DNA from: Clostridia bacterium
Lineage (GTDB): Bacteria > Bacillota > Clostridia > Acetivibrionales > UBA4821
DNA length: 64,000 bases
Reading direction: 5' to 3'
NCBI GenBank assembly: GCA_041687355.1
Contig: JAWLCD010000004.1
Location: forward strand, 19,725-83,724
The notes below the pieces were generated by a model, which saw only the letters and a list, made by a program, of their open reading frames with translations, was not told the origin of the DNA and ran no database searches. Positions within the stretch are counted from its first letter, which is position 1, and each line of letters begins with the position of its first letter. Positions 49,042-55,380 of this stretch are shown here, in pieces. The translations under genes and the position numbers were made by a program.

Positions 49042-49653
49042 GTGGTCAATTTGAAACAGAATATAGATAGAAAGAAAAAGAAAATTTCCAAAGAGGAATA
49101 TGCAAAGAGGGTTAATATGATTATAGGAAGCATTGTAGTTTTAATAAGCATTATTCTAATACTGGTAATTTTTTTGAGTTACAGCTCGGGCGGAAACAAA
49201 GCCAATCCACTGACTGACTTTGGCGAAACATCGGTTGTAAGTATAAAGACTGATAAGGGAGATATACTGCTTGCGGTGTATCCTGAATTAATGCCTAAGA
49301 CTGTTGATAATTTCCTTGGATTGGTTGATAAGGGGTTTTATAACAACTTGACCTTTCACAGGGTTGAGGATTGGGTGATTCAAGGTGGAGACCCTAAAGG
49401 GGATGGCACAGGAGGTTCAGAAAAGACCATAGAGCTTGAAACAAACCTCAAGCTGAAAAATACACGAGGCATGGTTGCAATGGCAAGGACTGACGCCCCC
49501 AACTCTGCCACTTCGCAGTTCTATATACTTAAGAAAGATGCTCCGAGCCTTGATGGAAAGTATGCAGTTTTTGGGAAAGTGCTTGCCGGTATGGAGGTAG
49601 TTGACCAAATCCAGCCGGGCAGTGTCATGACCGAGGTCAAGAAGTTAAATTAA
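49042..49653 (+). CDS. Membrane-anchored cyclophilin-type peptidyl-prolyl isomerase
   Basis: N-terminal TM (IIGSIVVLISIILILVIFL) then FHRVEDWVIQGGDPKGDGTGG, SQFYI. Confidence 0.85.
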   Translation: MVNLKQNIDRKKKKISKEEYAKRVNMIIGSIVVLISIILILVIFLSYSSGGNKANPLTDFGETSVVSIKTDKGDILLAVYPELMPKTVDNFLGLVDKGFYNNLTFHRVEDWVIQGGDPKGDGTGGSEKTIELETNLKLKNTRGMVAMARTDAPNSATSQFYILKKDAPSLDGKYAVFGKVLAGMEVVDQIQPGSVMTEVKKLN

Positions 49654-49674
49654 GGCTTTTGCAGGACTATATAC

Positions 49675-49707
49675 AATGAAGCTGGGAGACGAACTCCCAG
49701 CTTCATT
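49675..49707 (+). terminator. Terminator hairpin after the PPIase gene (perfect 14-bp stem)
   Basis: AATGAAGCTGGGAG-ACGAA-CTCCCAGCTTCATT followed by TGG (weak T tract). Confidence 0.6.
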
Positions 49708-49771
49708 TGGCTGTTGACTTTTTGGGTAGTATGTTTTAAAATAATATGTGCGCCTTTTAAGAGGCAGATAC

Positions 49772-49849
49772 GGTGGGTATAGCTCAGGTGGTTAGAGCGC
49801 CAGGTTGTGGCCCTGGAGGCCAAGGGTTCGAGTCCCTTTATTCACCCCA
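49772..49849 (+). tRNA. tRNA-His (GTG), with G-1 and encoded CCA
   Basis: Cloverleaf folded by hand: acceptor GTGGGTA/TATTCAC (two G-U pairs), anticodon arm CCAGG-TTGTGGC-CCTGG, T-arm AAGGG-TTCGAGT-CCCTT. Confidence 0.9.
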
Positions 49850-49928
49850 ACTTCAGAAACTGGATAAGTGGAACATGGAGCCTGGATTTTAGTTCAGTTT
49901 CCATGTTCTAGTTTCCAGGTTCCATTAT

Positions 49929-50004
49929 TGGGATGTAGCCAAGCGGTAAGGCACCAGACTTTGACTCTGGCATTTCGTTGGTTCGAATCCAGCCATCCCA
50001 GCCA
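49929..50004 (+). tRNA. tRNA-Gln (TTG)
   Basis: Acceptor TGGGATG/CATCCCA, anticodon arm CCAGA-CTTTGAC-TCTGG, T-loop GGTTCGAATCC, CCA encoded. Confidence 0.9.
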
Positions 50005-50009
50005 TATTT

Positions 50010-50093
50010 GCGGGCGTGGCGGAATTGGCAGACGCGCTAGACTTAGGATCTAGTATCTCCGATGTGAAGGTTCAAGTCCTTTCGCCCGCACCA
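50010..50093 (+). tRNA. tRNA-Leu (TAG), long variable arm
   Basis: Acceptor GCGGGCG/CGCCCGC, anticodon arm CTAGA-CTTAGGA-TCTAG, variable arm, T-loop GGTTCAAGTCC, CCA encoded. Confidence 0.9.
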
Positions 50094-50095
50094 AC

Positions 50096-50159
50096 ATGAC
50101 AAGGGGACGGGGTTAGTGACAACACCCAGGTGTTGTCACTAACCCCGTCCCCTTGTCAT
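50096..50159. repeat. REP-like palindrome D (about 29-bp perfect stem)
   Basis: ATGACAAGGGGACGGGGTTAGTGACAACA-CCCAGG-TGTTGTCACTAACCCCGTCCCCTTGTCAT; lies between tRNA-Leu and the 3' end of a convergent gene. Confidence 0.85.
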
Positions 50160-50165
50160 GCGGAA

Positions 50166-51038
50166 TTACTTCCAGTAACAGCCGAAGCGGCCCTTTTTCA
50201 TCTCTGCTCCATTTGCAAAGCCGTTTTCCTTACAGCGCTTCAGCATATCGTCAATCCTTTCAACGGCAGCATTACCTTGTTCCTTGGTCATTGAACCATT
50301 GGCAACCATCTTGTTGACCAGTTCCTTCTGAAGATTGGCCATATTCTGAGCGAAATCCGTCAAATCGATTTTCTGCTGGTCAGTAAGCTCTGAAGTGCCA
50401 ATTCCGGGAATGCCCAAAAGGCCAAAGTTATACAAGCCGCCTCTTCCTATTCCCATGTAGTTTCTTGCGCCGCTGTTTTCAAGATTCTCAACCATGGCGT
50501 CGATTTTTTTTGCTGCAGCATCACCCTGAGCTTTGGTTATTAGCCCATTGGCAACCATCTTACTACTAAAATTCTTGTGCAAATCGGTTATTTTTCTGAA
50601 GGTATTATTCAAGTCAGCCTTCTGTTGGTCGGTGAGCTTTGAGGCGTCAATTCTGTTTATACCGAAATCACCCTGCTTTCCATACCCACCCCGATGGCCT
50701 TTTCTCATGCCCATACCGCCTATGGAACCATTTTCTTCCCGGTTTGCAAGTATGTCATCAACCCTTTTGACGGCGGCATCACCTTGTTCCTTGGTCATTG
50801 AACCGTTGGCAACCATCTCGTTAATAAATTCCTTTTTAAGGTCAGCCATCTTTTTGGAGTAATCTTCTACGGCAGCTTTCTGCTTATCAGTAAGCTTTGA
50901 AGTGTCAATCCCCAGGAATCCTTTTACAGTTCTAGCTGCAGTAGTATCAGATGTGGCTGCATAAACTGAAAAAGGAACTGCAATGCCGACGATAATGGTC
51001 AAAAGTATAAGTAGTTTGCTTCTCTTCACTGTATTCAC
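50166..51038 (-). CDS. Secreted protein with three DUF2680 (YckD-like) repeats
   Basis: Signal peptide; three copies of LTD[KQ]QK-x-[DA]-...-KMVANG[SL][MI]TK[EA]QG[DN]AA separated by Gly-rich linkers. Confidence 0.6.
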   Translation of the reverse strand: MNTVKRSKLLILLTIIVGIAVPFSVYAATSDTTAARTVKGFLGIDTSKLTDKQKAAVEDYSKKMADLKKEFINEMVANGSMTKEQGDAAVKRVDDILANREENGSIGGMGMRKGHRGGYGKQGDFGINRIDASKLTDQQKADLNNTFRKITDLHKNFSSKMVANGLITKAQGDAAAKKIDAMVENLENSGARNYMGIGRGGLYNFGLLGIPGIGTSELTDQQKIDLTDFAQNMANLQKELVNKMVANGSMTKEQGNAAVERIDDMLKRCKENGFANGAEMKKGRFGCYWK

Positions 51039-51165
51039 CTCCTTCCGTATTGGATATCTTTATTGTAACCAGAAAATGTATCTAATGTATGTCATAAGTA
51101 TTAAAATACTGTGAACATGTAATTCTTGGATTTAAGCAATAGAATTGGATAAAAAAAGCCGGTGA

Positions 51166-51393
51166 TTAATTATCACCGGATGGATGTATAGATTCAAAGT
51201 CATAAACGTCCGCTTCATCTTCCCTTCTGAAGTAGTAGACGCATCCACAGATCAAAGCAAGAATTCCAACTATTATGAGGAAAATCGAGTACTCGCATAC
51301 TAATGGATGGATAAAATGCATATGCGTGTCTGCAGATGTTTTCCAAACGACCTTCAAAGGTATCACAAAAAGAATAATCAGAAGAGTCTTCAT
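51166..51393 (-). CDS. 75-aa membrane protein, unknown function
   Basis: RBS AAGGGGGAA upstream of the ATG; two hydrophobic helices; stop embedded in terminator CCGGTGAT-AATTA-ATCACCGG + T7 (minus strand, about 51150-51182). Confidence 0.5.
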   Translation of the reverse strand: MKTLLIILFVIPLKVVWKTSADTHMHFIHPLVCEYSIFLIIVGILALICGCVYYFRREDEADVYDFESIHPSGDN

Positions 51394-51637
51394 TACTATT
51401 CCCCCTTTTTACGTCCCGATTGACAAATAAGCCAGTCTGATAAAATATTAAAAAAGATACTATTATCACTAATTTATCACAGAACGCAGTACGAGTCAAG
51501 TCCATACATTATTTGCAAAATGTAACAAAAAACTCTACAGGTAGACAGAACATGACCAAGTGTTATATACTAATAATATCAGGATGGAAATTCTTATAGT
51601 CACTTGATTCCAGATTATATTATTAGGGTGAAACAAT

Positions 51638-52162
51638 ATGACTACCGGTATGATTCTCGGTTATCTTTTCATTTTCTTTGCAAGAATATTGGACATGTCG
51701 CTTGATACGCTAAGGATAATCCTTATTGTCAAGGGTAAACGTTTGATAGGAGCCATGCTGGGCTTTGTAACGGCAATGATATGGCTGATTGTAATCAGAT
51801 TAATTTTTACCGAACTTGATAATATAGGTAACATGATTGCCTATGCGGCAGGATTTGCAACTGGAAATTATATAGGAAGCGTATTTGAAGAGATGATAGG
51901 ACTGGGTGATATATCGGTCCAGGTAATCCTGAACAGATGCGATGACGAAGTTACAAACATGATAAGGGAGTCAGGATTCGGAGTATCAGCCATTGAGTGT
52001 AAGGGCAAGCAGGGGCTGAAGACACTATTGATAATCCAGATTCACAGAAAGCAGTTGAAGAAGTTGAACAGATTGATAAAGCAGATTGACCCTTGCGCAT
52101 TTATAACCATTATGGATACCAGAAAGATTGTAAATGGTTATTTTCAGTCCTGCAAAAAGTAG
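51638..52162 (+). CDS. UPF0316/DUF2179-family membrane protein
   Basis: 174 aa; N-terminal TM helices (ILDMSLDTLRII pattern) and C-terminal DUF2179-like domain; pattern recognition only. Confidence 0.55.
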   Translation: MTTGMILGYLFIFFARILDMSLDTLRIILIVKGKRLIGAMLGFVTAMIWLIVIRLIFTELDNIGNMIAYAAGFATGNYIGSVFEEMIGLGDISVQVILNRCDDEVTNMIRESGFGVSAIECKGKQGLKTLLIIQIHRKQLKKLNRLIKQIDPCAFITIMDTRKIVNGYFQSCKK

Positions 52163-52286
52163 ATTGGATAATATTTTGCTCATTTTGTCATAATTACATA
52201 TCAAACAGCCGAGCGGGCTGTCATAATTCAGGATAAGACCAACCGAATAATCTATTTTAAATTTAACTCCGGCTTAATACAATCAT

Positions 52287-52319
52287 AAAAAAAAGGCTGT
52301 ACACTTGTGGAATACAGCC
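52287..52319 (-). terminator. Rho-independent terminator after tRNA-Trp
   Basis: Minus strand GGCTGTA-TTCCACAAGTG-TACAGCC followed by T8. Confidence 0.75.
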
Positions 52320-52329
52320 CGGCAAAATA

Positions 52330-52404
52330 TGGCAGGGGAGACAGGATTCGAACCTGCAGCCGACGGTTTTGGAGACCGCTACGCTACCGTTGCGCCACTC
52401 CCCT
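52330..52404 (-). tRNA. tRNA-Trp (CCA)
   Basis: The reverse complement AGGGGAGTGGCGCAACGGTAGCGTAGCGGTCTCCAAAACCGTCGGCTGCAGGTTCGAATCCTGTCTCCCCTGCCA folds as a cloverleaf with anticodon loop CTCCAAA. Confidence 0.9.
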
Positions 52405-52418
52405 ATAATGACTAAATC

Positions 52419-52447
52419 ATTATAAATCATACTGCAGGCTGTGTCAA
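52419..52447 (-). promoter_or_regulatory. Consensus sigma-A promoter for tRNA-Trp
   Basis: Minus strand TTGACA - 17 nt - TATAAT, both hexamers perfect, about 14 nt upstream of the tRNA 5' end. Confidence 0.7.
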
Positions 52448-52477
52448 GGTGGATGAACGGGTATTTGAGTGGTCTGC

Positions 52478-52498
52478 ATTTGTGCAAGTTGCACAAAT
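52478..52498. promoter_or_regulatory. Perfect 21-bp palindrome, candidate operator
   Basis: ATTTGTGCAA-G-TTGCACAAAT; lies between the tRNA-Trp promoter and the first pilin-like gene. Confidence 0.3.
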
Positions 52499-52665
52499 TC
52501 CAAGCAGTATTTTTAGTAAAGATGACAGCAGTGAAATGCTTGTTTTTAGGCAGGACATGTTATAAAATATAATTAGACAGAAAATTAAGGAAGGGGAGGA
52601 AGGATTAAAGAATAAAGGTTTAGTCTAGTATATCTTTATTATTTTATTAAGGGAGGAATGTATAT

Positions 52666-53052
52666 ATGAGGTTAATTGGAAGAATAGTCTTATTAATGTT
52701 TGTATTCACAATTCTATTTACCTTTGTGTCAGGAGCAACTGTCCTTGCGGCTGGAGACAATGGTATAGCAAATCCAGGTATGGTTAAGGAAAAGGAGATA
52801 GAAGGTTCAGCCCAAACGGGAATTGAGGGTATTTCCGGGAGTCTGCTCAGGTACCTTCAGGTAATTGGAAGTATAGTTGCCGTAATTATACTGGCTGTAT
52901 ATGGAGTGCAGTGGTTTCTTGCATCCCCGCAGGAGAAAGCTGTTCTCAAGGAAAAGGCATGGTCTTATGTCATTGGTGCTGTGCTTGTGTTTGGAGGAGC
53001 AACACTAATGGTTTGGCTTGCCACCACATTTCAGGATGCTTTCAGTGGTTAA
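52666..53052 (+). CDS. VirB2/TrbC-like T4SS pilin paralog 1
   Basis: Signal peptide ending VLAAG; two TM helices separated by a conserved loop: YLQVIGSIVAVIILAVYGVQWFLASPQEKAVLKEKAWSYVIGAVLVFGGA. Confidence 0.6.
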   Translation: MRLIGRIVLLMFVFTILFTFVSGATVLAAGDNGIANPGMVKEKEIEGSAQTGIEGISGSLLRYLQVIGSIVAVIILAVYGVQWFLASPQEKAVLKEKAWSYVIGAVLVFGGATLMVWLATTFQDAFSG

Positions 53053-53087
53053 AAGTAATCAGCTTTACTTGAGAGGAGCTGTTTTGG

Positions 53088-53471
53088 GTGATAAGAGTTG
53101 CTAAGGCTACAGCATTGATTATACCACTGATACTTGTGCTTACGTTGGTGATGGGTACAGCATCACTGGCAGAGGAAAATGTTGAACTTCCTGAAGAGTT
53201 GAATAAGGCAGCAGGCGAAGGATATAGGTACATACAGGTAATAGGCAGCGTCATTGCAGTTGCAATACTGGTGTTTTATGGGGTAAGCTGGATTATTGCC
53301 ACCCCCGACCAGAAAGCAGCCCTTAAGGAGAAAGTTGGTGTCTATATTATTGGAGCCATACTACTTTACGCAGGGGCTTCAATAACTGTATGGTTTATTG
53401 ATATGCTGGCTGGAGCTTTTGGACATGACTTATCCCCGTTTGCGCCTTCATCAGGGCCTCCTTCACCATAG
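53088..53471 (+). CDS. VirB2/TrbC-like T4SS pilin paralog 2
   Basis: GTG start; YIQVIGSVIAVAILVFYGVSWIIATPDQKAALKEKVGVYIIGAILLYAGA aligns position by position with paralog 1. Confidence 0.6.
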   Translation: MIRVAKATALIIPLILVLTLVMGTASLAEENVELPEELNKAAGEGYRYIQVIGSVIAVAILVFYGVSWIIATPDQKAALKEKVGVYIIGAILLYAGASITVWFIDMLAGAFGHDLSPFAPSSGPPSP

Positions 53472-53514
53472 TGTTACTAAAGTATAATGAAATTCTAATG
53501 CTTATTAAAAGGAG

Positions 53515-53916
53515 TTGATGGTTGTGTTTAATAAAAAGAGAGTACTGTCATTAGTCTTGGTTATGATTTTTATGTCAGTTTTTCTAACCGGTTTTATATC
53601 ATCGGCCGACTTTGATCCTACTGGTATTAAAGACAATATAGAGTCAAATGCAAAGGATATGGATGTCTCTGGAGAAGATGGAATCTATACTTTTGGCGGA
53701 ACTTTGCTGTATGGCGTAAAACTCATCGGTATGGTTTTGGCTATCCTGCTGGTCATATGGTACGGTATTAAATGGATGACTGCAGGTCCACAACAGAGGG
53801 CTGCACTAAAGGAGCAGGCATGGAACTACATAATAGGTGCCGCGCTGCTTTTTGGTTCAGGCCATATTGCGCAGTGGATATACGATATTGTAGTTACGGG
53901 TGTAGGGAACTCTTAA
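53515..53916 (+). CDS. VirB2/TrbC-like T4SS pilin paralog 3 (more divergent)
   Basis: VKLIGMVLAILLVIWYGIKWMTAGPQQRAALKEQAWNYIIGAALLFGSG; exact start uncertain (TTG 53515, ATG 53518 or GTG 53524). Confidence 0.55.
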   Translation: MMVVFNKKRVLSLVLVMIFMSVFLTGFISSADFDPTGIKDNIESNAKDMDVSGEDGIYTFGGTLLYGVKLIGMVLAILLVIWYGIKWMTAGPQQRAALKEQAWNYIIGAALLFGSGHIAQWIYDIVVTGVGNS

Positions 53917-53987
53917 TAGAACTTGCTGCAAAATGATTAGGGAGGGGATGAGGAAGACCCCTCCCGTTAACATAGGGGGTAACGGCA

Positions 53988-54350
53988 GTGAGAAGTTATT
54001 TGATTCCAAGGGATGTAAAGGGTGAGACCCGTATACTGACCTTTTTTACGCCAAAGTCCTTTCTTTTTACAGTTGTAGGCGTACTAATCGGTACGGCAAT
54101 ATTCTTTGTGTTTAATCTATTATCACTTAAAATAACTGGTATTGTCATTCTGGTTTTTTTTTCACTCATATCATTTGCCGTGGGCACTCTTAAAATTCCC
54201 GAGACTAATGCATTTGCGTTCTTCAAGGATACTGGCGGGGAGCAGATAGATGATATCATATGGAGATATATCAAGTTCAACGGAATAAAGCTTTTCGGTA
54301 TACGCGGAACCAGAAGAATCTACATATACGGAAGGCGGGATAATAAATGA
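53988..54350 (+). CDS. PrgI-family (VirB3-like) small membrane protein
   Basis: 120 aa; N-terminus YLIPRDVKGETRILTFFTPKSFLF followed by two TM helices; GTG start with AGGGGG 8 nt upstream; precedes the VirB4-like ATPase region. Confidence 0.5.
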   Translation: MRSYLIPRDVKGETRILTFFTPKSFLFTVVGVLIGTAIFFVFNLLSLKITGIVILVFFSLISFAVGTLKIPETNAFAFFKDTGGEQIDDIIWRYIKFNGIKLFGIRGTRRIYIYGRRDNK

Positions 54351-55366
54351 GCGGCATCTTTAACTTTCTGAATTATATTGTACTGGTTATTCTTTTGGTT
54401 GTTGCAGGAGTAGTAGGTTTTCAGCATTTTAGGAAAAAAAAGGATGTCAGGAAGTTATCTGATAAAGGAGAAAGCTCAAAAAATCCTTTCTATGAGACAG
54501 AATATGTACAGGATTTCTTAGATTTCGATAAGATTGCCCACAATATGATAATTAGGGAAAATGGTGCGAAATTTACAATGGTAATTAACTGTTCCGGAAT
54601 TAACTTTGATTTAATGTCTGAACACGAAAGGGTAATGGTAGAAGAAGCATTTATTGAGCTGTTGAATTTTATCCAATTTCCAATACAGATATATGTTCAG
54701 ACCAGGAAGGTGGACCTAAAAGACAGCTTGAAAGCATATGCTGAGAAAGTCAATGCAATTGAGAACGAAATGAGACTGATAATGGATGAATATAACAGTC
54801 TTAAAGCGCAAGGCGTAGAAGACCCTGAACAGTTGGGAATACTCGAATATGAGATTCAAAGAAAACAAAACCTGTATGAGTATGCACAGGACTTGAGAAA
54901 GCATATAGAAAGACTTAGCATAAACAGCAACGTACTGCAGTACAAATACTACATAGTTATTACATATCACATAGAAGAACTTGGACTGATGACAAATTTC
55001 AGTGAGTCTGAAATTCTTGAGATGGCGTATAACGAGTTATACACAAGGTGTCACAGTATAATTGGTGCACTTATGGGGTGTGACATTGACGCAAGTATTC
55101 TTGACTCAAACGGTCTTGCAGAACTTCTTTACATGGCATTTAACCGGGATGATGCTGAATTGTATAGGCTAAAGGATAATATGGAGGCAGGGTTTTACAG
55201 ACTGTATTCTACTACTGAAAATGTTTTGAACATTCAGCACAATCTATCAGATTATATAGAAAATGATTCTGAAAAGCCACTTGTATTATTGACAGACAAT
55301 TATGAACTTGACGAGTTAAGTAAAGAGTACCTGATGGAAAGCGTAAGAGAAAGTTCTAATGTATAG
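54347..55366 (+). CDS. TM-anchored protein of unknown function, T4SS-associated (possible VirB4 N-domain-like)
   Basis: N-terminal TM; start overlaps the upstream stop (ATGA); segment FTMVINCSGINFDLMSEHERVMVEEAFIELLNFIQFPIQIYVQTRKVDL resembles the N-terminal region pattern of Gram-positive VirB4 proteins. Confidence 0.35.
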   Translation: MSGIFNFLNYIVLVILLVVAGVVGFQHFRKKKDVRKLSDKGESSKNPFYETEYVQDFLDFDKIAHNMIIRENGAKFTMVINCSGINFDLMSEHERVMVEEAFIELLNFIQFPIQIYVQTRKVDLKDSLKAYAEKVNAIENEMRLIMDEYNSLKAQGVEDPEQLGILEYEIQRKQNLYEYAQDLRKHIERLSINSNVLQYKYYIVITYHIEELGLMTNFSESEILEMAYNELYTRCHSIIGALMGCDIDASILDSNGLAELLYMAFNRDDAELYRLKDNMEAGFYRLYSTTENVLNIQHNLSDYIENDSEKPLVLLTDNYELDELSKEYLMESVRESSNV

Positions 55367-55380
55367 CGGGGGTTGATAGG

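Noticed and set aside
49868-50053. 61-aa plus-strand ORF
   Set aside because: It is read straight through tRNA-Gln and into tRNA-Leu, so it is an artefact of the tRNA cluster.
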